In this document: positions 38,380-51,143 of the stretch, piece after piece | How positions within the stretch are numbered: the stretch's first letter is position 1 | Layout: each line of letters opens with the position of its first letter | Source of the DNA: Vitrella brassicaformis CCMP3155 | Lineage: Eukaryota; Protista; Chromerida | Direction: 5' to 3' | Length of the DNA: 64,000 bases | NCBI GenBank assembly: GCA_001179505.1 | Contig: CDMY01000688.1 | Span: 186,001-250,000 of the forward strand | Notes under the pieces: generated by a model | What the model saw: the letters and a program-made list of their open reading frames with translations, nothing else | What the model was told of the DNA's origin: nothing | Databases searched by the model: none | Position numbers and translations under genes: made by a program

Positions 38380-40816
38380 TCACGAGTACTTGAGGAACAG
38401 CAGCAGCCTATCCTTGACATCGCCAGGAGTCTTGAGCAAATAGCGGCGACCCGGCGCGTATGAACTGGACACACGGGCAGGACATGTGGCGTGTCGAGGT
38501 GAGAAACGTCGCCAGTGTGTGTGTGCTTACGAGTCGAGCTCCAGGTTGCCAGCCGCGATGCGCAGCTGCTTCTCAGATGCCCCGTGGATCCACTGCTCAC
38601 TCAGGCCTGCACATACAGGCACTCAGACACAACACAGACATCCTTCATTCGGCCATATTGTAGAGCGACGCCATCGCTCCTACCGACGAGCTCGCAGTAG
38701 AGTGTCCTCGCCTCCGCCCCCTCGTACTTCGACACGCCGCCACTGAACCTGACTCATACGCACACACATGGCTTCGCGTGTGCATCTGCCTGTCTATGCG
38801 GCCTTACGTCTGTTTCTGTTTTCTGTTCCATATGTTGCCGATGGACAGGAACTGCTGGTGCTTCCTCTTGGCCCTCTCGACCTGCCTCCGCAGCTTCGCG
38901 CACTCTGAGTGCGTCGCATCCAACAGCAACACACGACATACACAAACACGATGAGTCAGAGATCTTGTGCGTGGTCCCATCCATGTCCACGTCTCTCGGC
39001 CCTTTGTGTCAGCCCTGACCCACCGTTCTCCTCCTTCTCTCTCCTATCGACCACCTGCTTCTGACCTGAGAAGGAGAAAGAGAGTATCGTACGCTCACAG
39101 ATGTGAAAGTGTGCATATGGTCAGTGGCAAATACGGTTCTTGAAGTCTTTGAGTTCCTCCTCGGTCAGCGAAGTCGCCACGCTCTTCGATATGATGTTGT
39201 CCAAACTGACGTTGCCCACCGGCACACGTGTGACGGCCTGCCTGCACTGCGGGCACTCCTTCTTCTTGGCGCTCCGCAGCCAATCCTCAAGGCAAGAACG
39301 GCAAAATGAGTGGCCTGCACGATGGATGCACAAAGACACACATCGGCATCGGTAGGTCGAGAAATCTCCATCTCTCTCTGTCTGTCTGTCTGCCTGTGAC
39401 GTACCACACTCGGTGGTAGCGGCCTTTACGATGACTTCCATGCACACGCAGCACTTGAGCTCATCGGCCACGTCCGATGCCGCCGCCTCCGCCGCCCTCT
39501 TCTTCTTGGCTGCTTCCAGGTTCTTGTCATACTCATCATCTACACACATAGAAGAGACACACACAGACACATGGAAGCACAGCCCCGCTGGCCTCGCGTG
39601 GCCTTCCCTGAATGTGTGTGTTGCTGTCACCGACCGAAGAAGATGTCGTCATTGTCGAGGTCTATGGGTGGGGCGAACAGGTCATCATCTGACTGGTGGG
39701 CGGGCTCGGCAGCAGCAGCAGCAGATTCGGGGGGAGGGACGGGGGCGGGGGGCTCAGGAGCGACGGACGACTCGGCATCTGGATGCAGATCCATATCCTG
39801 TGGCTCACTAGCAGCGGCCACCGCAGCAGCAGCCGTCTCGTGTTCCTCCATCTGTCTGGTCCGGACGTTATCGGCGTGGCTGGCCGCCGGCTGCTCCACT
39901 GCCGTTGCCTCCCGCCTCCCCGCCTCCAGCCGACGGCGCTTCAACACCTCCTGAGACCTGCATGCGACACACAACACAACCCACCCAACACACGGATCCA
40001 TTTGCCGTCCATGTGTCCCCTTTTCTCTGTGCAAATCTCACTCATCAGCGTCTGTGTGAGCTGCAGCAGCGGGTTGCTCCTGTGGGTGGGGTGCAGACGC
40101 AGGCGCGGCGGGCTGCGCAGCGGGCGCCTCTGCGGGTGGCTGTGGATGTGGTTGGGCGGTCTCGTCGATACGATAGTTGGCTGCAGTGGCTAACGATAGG
40201 TGGGGGGGTAGCTGGGGGTGGCGCGAAAACATGAAGACGTACTCAAACTCAGGGGGCTGCAGACACGGGCAACAGAGGGACACAGACAGACACACAGATT
40301 CCTGGCCCTCCGTCCATCCCCGACGCATATGGTGTTTCTTGCCGACCTGAATGGTGTTGGTACCGAACACGACAACATCTCCCTCACGCAGCTCCCTCGT
40401 CCCGCCCCCCACCTCCCTCCCATTCACCAGCACACCGTTCATCGACCGCTTCTCGCCGTCACCGTCAACAATGGTCCACCGGCAGCCGCCGCCGTCCATA
40501 CTGGTGCGGGTGATGAGAGCATGATGGCGGCTGATCATGGCCACAAACTTGGTGGAGGTGATGACGACATGGTTGAGCGACGAGCGGCCGATCCGGGTGC
40601 TGTCCCTGCTCAGGTCGATGGTCAGGGGAATGCCGCAACTGTAGAGGAGGAAAATGCACAGAGGGATGAATCGTTTGTATTCAGCTTCATCATCACCGTG
40701 CCCTTCTCGTGTATGTGTTGTCACCTGGGGAAGGAAGTGGCGAGAAGGAATAGATATGCGGACTCATTGCTGCCGGCGGCGGCACTGCTGCCGGCGGCGG
40801 CACTGCTGCTCGCCAT
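38380..40816 (-). CDS. FHA-domain plus RING-finger E3 ubiquitin ligase (RNF8/CHFR/Dma1-like architecture)
   Basis: FHA: IGRSSLNHVV...ISRHHALI...SMNGVLVNGREV...LREGDVVVFG. RING: CCVCMEVIVKAATTEC|GHSFCRSCLEDWL...ECPQCR. A short helical C-terminal domain ends at TGA 38380. Confidence 0.9.
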
Positions 40817-41002
40817 CACATCACTCCTTCCAGCACAGGCAATGAATCTCCATCACGAGCAAATCATGAGCCCTCCTTTGTCCGTGGGATCATTGCCATG
40901 CCTTCCCTCTTTGAAATCTCTCCTTCCCTGCTAGCGAGCTTTTTCTGCGAGCTTGGAAGAGCTGACTCGGAGGGCGTCGCCAGTCAAGCCTGACGGTTCA
41001 CA

Positions 41003-41728
41003 ATGGCGGCTGCTCGGCAGGAGACCATTTTCATGCCAGAGTCACAAGAGGACATCGTGGGATACGGCAGGGAGGTGAGAATCGTGTGCTGAGGTCCCAT
41101 CACGCAGACGAGCATGATGCATGCGCCATGCGCCTGTTTTGTGCAGGACGTGATAGCCATGGCGGCGCTGCTGCTGAACGGGACGAAGCGGTGGATGATC
41201 CTGTCAGACAAACGCATTGAATCCTGGGAGGCCGCCACCGACCAGGACGAGGTGGGCCAGGCACAGACAGACCAACACACCATGCAACGCCACCTGGAGT
41301 GTGGTGTGTCATCAGCCTGTTGCGGTGATGGAGACCGCCAAGATCACCAAGGCAGTCGGTACACACACAGACGCTCGCAGAAAGAACAAGGCGGCATTAG
41401 TACTATGGCATGGCACTTTTTTGTGTGGTTTGATGGTCGGTTGATTGTTTGGCTGCAGCTGATATCCACGCCGAGGACCCCTCCCTCTATGTGGAGGCGG
41501 GCGACGACAAGTGGACCATCGTCGTGTACTCGAAGGAAGGCAGGGCCACACACGACGAGAAATCAAAGGTCAGTGACTAAGGCGAGCACCGCAACAATCA
41601 TCCAGAGACCTGTCTGTCTGCCTGCCTGCCTTGCTCACCAGGAGCTCTTCAGGTGGATGGCGGGTCTCAAGAAGAAAGGGGGCGTGCACGTCGACGAGAA
41701 GCCGGCCGAGGCCGACTCTGCGGTCTAG
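41003..41728 (+). CDS. Small PH-domain-like protein; 5 exons
   Basis: Spliced product MAAARQETIFMPESQEDIVGYGRE|DVIAMAALLLNGTKRWMILSDKRIESWE...|PVAVMETAKITKAV|ADIHAEDPSLYVEAGDDKWTIVVYSKEGRATHDEKSK|ELFRWMAGLKKKGG. The KRW.IL strand and terminal E..RW...L helix are PH-like. Confidence 0.6.
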
Positions 41729-42419
41729 CTTAGGTCTAGAGAAAGGCCTGAGGCCAGGCCTACCTTGGTGTGCCTGTCCCTCCGTCGGGCCGTCCTCTGT
41801 TCTGGGTCGATGGGTGGGCGTGCGCGTTTTTCCCGCTTGGTGTACAAAGAAAGCAGCGATCCGATCCGTGTCAGTCAGTCAGTGAGGGACGACCATGGCG
41901 TGTTTGTGCGATTCCCTCACTGATGTGATAGGGAGGTAGCCAGGTGGTCCAGGGATGGATGGATGGGTGGACGAGTGAGTGTCCGGATGACTTCACAGGC
42001 GGGGCATACACATCTGCCGCGTTGGAGTTTTGTATCTGTGCCGCACAGGTATATACGTGCGCGTGAACGTGTGTGTGTGTGTATGTGTGTGTGTGTGCGT
42101 GTGTATGTGTGTATGTGTGTGTGTGTGTGTGTGTTGTGTACAGCGGTCGCTGATGCGTCAGTCAAGTGTGCGTGCCGCTGTCTTGCTCTCCCCCTCTCTG
42201 ATTCCGGCTCAGCTTCCCTCTCTGCCTCTCTCTCCCTCTTCGTATTGTGTGTGTGTCGGCGTGTTCTGTGTGGACCAAATGCATAGAGACTGTGTGTGGC
42301 GACGAATACACATGCAATTGATGCCCCTTTCTCCCCTCCCGACAAGCCGGAACCACCCGTCCTTCGTCTTGCGTGGCCAGACGTTCTACGGTGGCCAGGA
42401 CGGGGCGCGAGCTCGGGTG

Positions 42420-44746
42420 ATGAGTCTCTTCACGGTTGCTCTGCCTGCGCTGCTGTTTTGCCAGCTGCAAAGCACAAACTGCCTCAGTGCCCCTCCGTCT
42501 GCCTCTTTGGACCCCGAGCGAAAGAGATCTGCTTCGGCAGCCGAGGGTATCATGGCGGCTGGTGGAGGCAATGAGACGTCCTACTGGTTCAGCGACAAGG
42601 CATCGTCGACGCCTCAGCCCATCTTGGAGAGCATTCGTTCATCGCCGCCTCACTCTCTGGTCAAGGGAGGCTGGGAGCCACTTGAGGACCATGAACTGTA
42701 AGTGAAGAGCATGCATGGGACACTGACACGGTGTTTCTGCTTCTGTGTCTGTCTGTCTGTCTGTCTGTCTGCAGGTATGAGGTCCCTCCCGAGAGCATCA
42801 CCGGCGAGCTGCCATCAGGGCTGAGAGGAACGCACTTTGTCAACGGGTCGGGCAGGATCAGGTATGCACTGCAGAGATCCACCCACACAGCATCAACATC
42901 GCTCATCGCCTTTCTCTCTGTATGTCAGGCTCGGCGGCATGCGCTACGGCCACTGGTTTGACGGCGACGGCTTCATCGCTGCGCTCAGCCTCACGGGCGA
43001 CGGCAGGGCCTTCTTCCAGTCAAAATACATCAGGACGAAGCGGTACCTGGCTCAGGAGAAGATCGGCGGCGGCAGTGCGGGGAGGCTGGCCGTGAGGGCG
43101 GCGTGGACCAACAGACCGGGGGGCATCCTCGGCAACATGTGAGCAGCTGAGGCGCCACAGCTGAACGGGCATGCACCCGGTTGCTGTGTGTGTGTGAAGA
43201 TTTCGTCTGCCGACCAACCCGAGCAACACGGCCGTCCTGTACTACGACGACAAGCTGCTGGCCTTGTGCGAGGGCGGCCTACCATTCCAGGTGGACCCGT
43301 ACACCCTCCGGTCAACCGGCAACGACACAGGCGACTACACCTTCGGCGGGGCCGTCACGCAGACATTCAGGTACACATACACTTGGCATGATGTAAGCTG
43401 ACGCTTCGTTGGGTCACTCCTATCTGTGTTGGCTGCAGCGCCCACTACAAGCAAGACCCGGCCACCGGCTACGTCTACAACTTTGGTGTGGACTTCGCCA
43501 ACGCCAAGATGACCATCTTCAAGACCGCCCCGCCTCACACGGCAGGCGAGCCGGGCAAGACAGACACGGCACACATCGCACTCGGCAGTTTCATGCCCTT
43601 CGTGCACGACTTCGCCATCACCGAGAACTACGTCGTCGTGTTGTTCCCTGCGTATGGCGTGGAGCGGCAGTGGATGCTGGCCCTGCTGCTGGGGTGGGGG
43701 ACGTTCGGGCACTCATACGAATGGAGCGAAGATAGAGGTAAAAGAGTCGGACAGACAAGAAGGCTCGGCAAATGGTTGCCTGTCCTGTGTGTCAGGGAGT
43801 CGTGTGGTGGTGCTCAAGAAGAGCGACCTCTCCGTCGCGGCCGACTTCAAGACGCCAGCAATCTCTTTTTATCACGTGGCCAATGCCTTCGAGGACCCCA
43901 AGAACAACAGCACCATCAAGCTGCACATCGCCAAACACGCCAACGGCCAGAGAGAAGTGGTGCGCAGACACACACACACATAGAGAGAGAGAGACAAGCG
44001 ATAGATCCACACGTGACCCACATGGCGCCTCCCTCCCTCTCTGTCTGTCTGTCTGTCTGTCTGTCTGTCATGGATCAGGTGGAGAAGTTCCTGTCGAGTC
44101 CCCAGCTGGAGCAGTTCACACACGGACATGTGCCCATTTTGCATGAGCTGGACATCAGCCTCTCAGAGAAGAGCATCCTCCGCATCGAACCCCTCACGTC
44201 GCCCTCGGGGGCCACCAAGGCCCTGCAGGGAGAGTACCCCACCATCAACAATGCCATGACCGGCAAACCAAACAGGTACACGTCCAGTAGACAAAGCCCA
44301 TCGCTATCTCAGTCCCGCGAATGGTTTGTCTGCCCCTTTCTCTGCCCAGGTACATCTATCAGGCGTGTTTCGAAGACGAATCGACAGCCAGTGGCCACGT
44401 CCAGTTCTTCAATGCGATCCAGAAGGTCGATCTGCGCGGCGAGTCCTGGCAAATCTACAGTTTTGGGCCCTACAGAGCGCCGCATGAGGCCTACTTCATC
44501 GCGCGGGAGGGCTCCAAGGCCGAGGACGACGGCTGGCTGCTGGTGCCCGTGTACAACGGGTACCAGCACATCAACGAGTATTGCATTTTCGACGCCGCCG
44601 ACGTCGCCAAGGGACCTGTTTCGACGATATCGCTGCCGCACCACTTCCCCTACACCTTCCACGGCACGTTTGTGCGCGACCCCAAGGTACCCGACGAGCT
44701 GCTCAAGGGCAAGGGGGAGGCGGCGCTGGCTCAGACAGTCAGCTGA
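42420..44746 (+). CDS. CCD: Carotenoid cleavage oxygenase (CCD/NCED/RPE65 family) with an N-terminal signal-like leader; 8 exons
   Basis: Motifs GELPSGLRGT, HWFDGDG, PSNTAVL...LLALCEGGLP, FS|AHYKQDP, FVHDFAITENY, FYHVANAFED, EYPTIN, HEAYFIAR...AEDDGWLL, LPHHFPYTFHGTF. All four Fe-binding His are present. Confidence 0.95.
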
Positions 44747-45152
44747 GTGGGCAGATTCTGTTCATCTCATTTTTCGTGTTTGTGGCTTTTATACGTTGAG
44801 CGCTTGAGGAAAGACGGGCGGACAGATAGATAGGTTGGGTGTGTGTGTGTGTGTGTGTGGTCAAGTTTCTGGGTTCTGTGCCCTTTGCACTGATTGATTG
44901 ATTGTGTGTCTTTTCGCGCTTTATCCTGTGGAGCTGTTGTTGTGCCATGATTGTAGACAGCCTTTCCATGTGGTTCTTCGTCGACTCACTGTGTACGGGC
45001 CATCACCACCTTAGCACTCATCACACTTGGCACGGTCCCGTTCGGAGAATGATACGGCTGCATCCAAAAAGGGGAAGGGAGAGATCTGCATGCTTCAAGC
45101 TCGCTGTTCTTCGATCCCGCGAGGAGAAATATTTTGAGCTTCTGCTGTCAGA

Positions 45153-48100
45153 ATGCTGTCGAGTGGTGCACGTTTGAACGCCCCTGAGGCGCCTCCGTCA
45201 CCTGCCTACGCCGGACTTGGCACAATATTCGGTGGGCCTCGCTCAACTCATCGCATGCTGCAAAAGGGACGTCACAGTCGTCTCACTGTTGCTGCAGGGG
45301 AGCTGCGTAAGCTGAAGGAGCAGCTGGCGTGCCTGCAGAACAGCCTCAAGGACCTGGAGGGATGGAAGGAGGCCGTCTTCGAACGGGGCCCTGGCGGCGT
45401 GAGTCCGCCCTCCCAGGGATTCCTCAAGCAGACTATCCAGAGGGAATCGGAATCGCTCATCAGAATGATATCAGAGGTGCGCATCGCATTCAAGGATGGG
45501 CGAAGGGGGAGAAACTGATGTGATGTCGTGCGTTGTGGATGGGATTCAGCTGGAGGGTCGTATAGGTGTAGTAGCGGAGCGGCAGCGGGCCGACCTCGAG
45601 CAGGCCCTGCACCGACTCACCATCCGCATCGAACGCATCACACAACGGCTGGACAAGTATACAAGGCATCAACACACAAATGCGTCAATGTCAGCTGAGT
45701 GTGGACGTCTGTTTGCCCTGGGTCGTCAGGTTGTCACGTGACGGTGAGGACCGCCATGCCGCCCAGTCCTCCGAGACCGTCAAGAGCATGCAGACTCTCG
45801 ACTCGCGCATACGGGCACTGGAAACCTCACAGGTGGCCACTCTGTCACAGAAAAAAAAGAAAAAGAACGGGGGCCACCAGCCTCTCGGGTCCGTCTCGGT
45901 GTTTGGTTCAGGGTGCGCTTCGTCGGTCGTTCTCTCAGCTGACATTTGGTGGTGGGAGTGCCAGCGGCAGCGGTGAGGGTCTGGGCGGCAGGGCCGCCAC
46001 ACGCCAGTTGGTCAAAGGGGTCCCCAGCTCATCTGCTCAGGAAGGAACGGTCGCGCACGGGGCGCAGAGGGAGGGTGCTACCACACCAGCACCAGCACCA
46101 GCTGCTGCAGCTGCTGGTGCGGCTCCTGCTCTGGTGGTTGCTGCCGAGGAGGTGTCGAGTGCCGATGCGATCGCTACACTCGAGCGCAAAGTCAACGGTG
46201 AGAGGGAGGGGAGGGCACCATACAATACATACATGCTGACAGAATGGTGCATGGGATGTCATGTGTGTGCAGAGGTTGACGAGAGGGTTCAGCACCGTGT
46301 GATGCCACTGATCCAGGAGCTCTACAATCGTCTGGTGGCCCTTGAGAGCGATCGCAGCAAGGAGATGCGGGAGCCATCGCAGCTTCAACACCGATTCAAC
46401 GAAGAGATCGCACGACTGAGGGTGAGTGTGTCGATGGCGCAAGCAAGACAAAGCCGCAGTGGGTGGGGTAGGAGTATTGTGTGTGTGTTCAGGATGAGAT
46501 GGATGCCGAGCGCGAGAGGAACGCCGAACAGATTAATCGCCTGACACAGCAGGTGATTGCATCGACACACCACCATCCATCCATCCATCCGTCCACGTCG
46601 TCTCTCTGTGTCGTCAGATGGAGGCCATGCAGCTCTCCCTGCTGCAGCAGGGCATTCACGTGGACATCCCCGCCGAGCAGCAGCCAAGCGAGGAAGCACC
46701 ATCCTCTACGGCCATGGCAGGGCAGCCCCCGACAGCCATGGCAAGACCTCCCTCGGCTACCGCTGTCCCGACGGTCGCTGCTGCCGCTCGTCCTTGCGGC
46801 GACCTGGAGGGCCGCGTGAGGGAGCTAGTACAGGAGTATCTCGACAACCTGCAGCAGAAGGAAGAAACGATGCTGCAGGAGGGAGAGGGCATCGTCGAGG
46901 GTGTTCCTGGCGAGGGCGAGGGAGCATTCCCTTCTCAGGAGGGAGGAGCAGTGGGGCATCCCCATGAGGCAGAGCCTGTCATGCCCTCTCGCGTGCCGGA
47001 TGAGAGTGCCGCGGCAGTGCCGTCTCGCGATGGACGGCCGGTGCCACGAGCCGAGGGCGCTCCTGGCGCCGCCTCGACCCCTTCTGCGCCTCCTGTCGGC
47101 GCTGCTGGTGCGGCCCCCTCTGGTCGTCCTGGTGGTGCCCGTCGATGGCGTGCCACGATGCCGCGTCAGCAGATCGTAGAGCTGAGATCGGCAGTAGACT
47201 CTTTGGCGGACCAACTCAGCAGGTATGGACCAATGGGAAGAAAGACACATTCTGAAAAGCCAGACGATTGATTGGGTGCGGTGTTTGTTCCATGCTGCAG
47301 CGTGAGGGTGGCAGAGAAGGTCGAGGCCAGCTGGGGCAATGAGCTGGCAGGTACTGTCACGCACTCAGCACAAGAGGCGAAGTGCTGGCGTACACACATG
47401 TCCGTGTGTGTGTGTGTGTGTGTGCAGGTCGGCTTGAGGGTCTGAGCACCGCCGTCCGCGACACGCTCGAGACCGTCCGCATGTCCCAGCACTACCAGAC
47501 CGACAGCCACCAGAAGATCCGCGAGACCGTCGAGGCCTTCCACGCCAACCTACAGCCATACTTCGCACAGCAGCAGGACCTCGCTACCCAGATCGACGAA
47601 CACTCACAGCAGCGGGCCGAGCTGGCCGAGTCCTTCGGTCGCATGGAAGACGCCATCGAGACGGCGGCGAGCACCGTGGACGGGCTAGAGGGCCGCATCG
47701 ACAGCCAGCAGGTTGCCATCGAGAGTATTGTGGAGGAGGTGGAGAGCAGCGGCAGTGCTTTCCAGCACACAGCCTCTCAGATGTCGGAGCAGCTGACGGC
47801 TCGCGTGTCTGCTGTCGAGGCCAAGGTGGATCAGGCGCACGAGCAGACCAGCCAGACCCTAGCCGTGGTGCAGGAGGACCTGCAGCTGCGCGAGGAGGCC
47901 CTCCGCCACGACCTCGAGACCAAGATGACTGCGGAGCTCGAGAGCCTCCACGTCAGCATCGACCGTGACCGTGAGCGGCACATAGAGGTCGGCAACGCGC
48001 TGGACAAGAGCCGAGAAGAAACCGGCCAGCTCAAGGAGCAGCTCACCGGCCTGCAGCAGTCGTTCGACAGCGAGGCCGGCGAGCTCCGCTCTTGCTTCGC

Positions 48101-51100
48101 CCGCATGCAGCAGACCGTCTCGGACACATTCAAGTCCAAGATAGAGGAGAACGGCCGGCTGGTCGGGCGGCAGGTGGAGGCCATCCAGGCAACCACCGAG
48201 CGGCGCGTCACCGCGGAGACCGAAGCCATGGAGCGCAAAGTGCGTGACGGGGTCCGGGCGGAGGCCGACCAGCAGCAGCAGGCGGTCTCCCAGGCCATCG
48301 AGCGGCTCGACGCCCGAGTGGAGGAGACCGTCCGGGGCCGCTTCGCCATCGACCAGAGCCTCAAGAAGTTCCAGCGCGCCCACTCGGATGAGCTGCAACG
48401 GACCATCCAGCGCATCGAGTCCATCGAGCAGGGCCAGGAGCAGACAAAACGCGGCCTCACACGCGCACTGTCGATGCCAACCGAGAAGGTCATGGAGGCG
48501 CATGAGGAGCTGAGGGGCGAGGTCCAGCGTGTGGCGCAGCTGGTGCGCAAGTCGACGCAGGAGGCCGACGAGAGGGTGGGCAAGGTGGCGCAGGACGTCA
48601 TGGGTCACGACCGTGAGTGCGCTGAGCTGTCGGCCAAGCTTGAGCAGCTGGAGCGGCAGGTGCGGGAGGCCATCATGGGTCAGCCGCAGATGAAGGCCGT
48701 CTCGGCCAAGGCCGCCGCGGGCGAGAAGGCACTGCAGGTGGTCGAGACGCTGCAGAAACAATACAAAGGTGAGAGAACCCACCATCCTACGTATGAGGTG
48801 TGACGACCCACGTGCGTCTTGTGTGCGTTCGTGTGGCTTAGGTATGGGTGCTGAGATGGACAAGGTGCGTGAGTTGCAGCGGTCGGTGAAGCTCCACGAC
48901 GCCCAGCTGGCGGCCCTGGAGAAGATCGAGACTGAGGGCACGCCGGGCGAGAAGGAAATCGCCACAAAAGTGGAGCACCTCGAGGGCGAGATACGCAACC
49001 AACGACGGGTCAGGCAAAACTGCACCCTCACAACAGGCACATGGCAAGCTAGGTGTGTGTTGGTTTGCAGGCGTCTGAGGCCCAGGTTGACGAGCTGAAA
49101 GCCCAGCTGACGCTGGAGACCAAGAACATCAAGGTGAAAGGACGACAAAGAATGTGGTCCGTCCAAGCGTCACTGCCTCTCCTGCTCTGTTCAGGCGTCT
49201 CATGAGAAGGTCATGACGCATCTGAGGGAGGGGGAGAACTGGATGGCCACTCTCAAGGGCCACATTGATGACACACACTCTCGTGTGCGGTCGGTGGAAT
49301 CGGCCCACTTGCCCACCATTACACAGCGGCTGGACCGCCAGCAGACATCCTCGGAGGAGGTCGCGTCACAACACGACGTGAGCGAGATAGAAGGAAAGAA
49401 AAGGCCAGGAGATACATTGGCAACAGATGACATGTGCATTCTCTCGATCAGGAGTTACGAGAGACGGTCAGGCGTTTGTCCGACCAGGTAGAGGAGCTCT
49501 CGAAGCGACCAGCCGGCCCCTCTGACGCCAACGACTCGCTCACACGCCGCCCAGCTGAGGCCAGGCACACACACCAACCCAAGACAGCCAAGGCGTCCCA
49601 GAGAAGAGCCCTCGAGGCCTCTCCCCGACCCACTGGCAGCCCACCCACCGCCCCCATTGGTCGATCTGTGTCGGGGCGAGGTCCATCGGGGCTGCCGGAG
49701 GCCCTGCAGCGAGTCGCATCCCTCGAGGAGTTCAGACACCAGACACACAAGGATGTACAGGTGCGCGGCAGATGAGTGCTTGCGTGATTTGGTATCTGTT
49801 GGTCGCATCTGTCTCGCCTTACCTTGTCCTTTAGAACGTGAGTCGTCATGTGGAGCAGCTGCGGGACAAGCTGGAGGCACGCACAAACCGACTGCAGGTG
49901 ACGGACGTACCTGTGAATTGAGGAAGACCACACCACCAAATGCATACATGTGCATGCTGTGTGTGTCTATGCAGGAGGAGCAGCGGCGGCTCGGTGACAA
50001 GCTGGTGCGTCAGGATGGCGCCCTGCGGGCGATGGAGCAGCGAGTCGATGACGCCATGCAGACACACGAGGGGTCGGCACGCCACAACTTCACGCGCCTC
50101 AGCGGCATCATCCGCACCCTCGTCGCGTCATGCGAGAGCAATGCCGAGCAGACAGAGGTGCGCGTGGGTGTGGGCTGGAAACGGGAGGGTCCTTGTCGAC
50201 TGTGTCAATGTTTTCCGTGTTGGTGTATGCAGAGTGTGAGGCGCCGCGTTGAGGAGCTGGATATGACGGTAGATCAAAGCGTGTCACTGGTCAAAGAACG
50301 CGTTCAGGTGAGTGATGCATCCCTGCACAACGACAGTGTGCACCTTGATCCCATCCATTTCCCTCTCTCTCTCTCTGTTTCCTCGCCCACCTGTGTGCAG
50401 CATGCAGAGCGTAGTGTGAGCGAGCAAGGCGGATGCTACAAACAAGAGATACACCAAATGGCAGCTGGTAAGCAAGACAACGATCGTGGGACCCTGAGGC
50501 GTGTCATACAAAAGCGTCTGTCTGTGTCCTCAGGGATGGGTCAGACCCGTGCTGACGTAGAGCTGCTCAAGGCCAGGAATCAGGAGCTGCTGCAGTCCAT
50601 CGACCAGCTGCGGGGAGACGTCAACCACATTGGCGAGCATCTGGCGCGGACCGTGACCTCAGACACACGACCGAGACACACATTCACGTAAAGAGAGAGA
50701 GAGCAGCACGCCCAACACACCCATACCTCCCCCATTCATGTGTGTGGATGTCCCCTGGCAGGCGTCATGTGCCTTTGGTAGAGGATGTGTGCACAAGTCG
50801 GACCAGCCGCCTGAACACCATCGAAGAGGTAACCACCAACACCGACACCACACCGCCCTGCACCTCAGTGAACATCGCCACCTTGCGCACATGTCGATTT
50901 CTCCAGGCGTCATTCGCCACCCCCCGTTGCGCATCCACCGTCCCTCCCTGCGTCCGCAACGCTCTCGCCACCATGCCGCCCTGCCCCAATGCATCGTCGC
51001 CCTCAATGCCACCACTGCTGACTGCCCGCACCCACCGGCCCGAGAGCATGCCGCCGGGCAGTGGGTCGCTGACCCATCGGGCGAGAGGGGGAACTGGCGA

Positions 51101-51143
51101 GGGTGCGACGGTGCTGAGGCCGCCACGGCTAGGGAGGAAGTGA
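45153..51143 (+). CDS. Long multi-exon coiled-coil protein (cytoskeletal or centrosomal-like); unknown function
   Basis: Many GT-AG-bounded exons with continuous heptad-rich E/Q/L/R sequence (e.g. the 47428-48768 exon: LEGLSTAVRDTLETVRMSQ...VVETLQKQYK). Low-complexity termini. Start and end are approximate. Confidence 0.75.
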
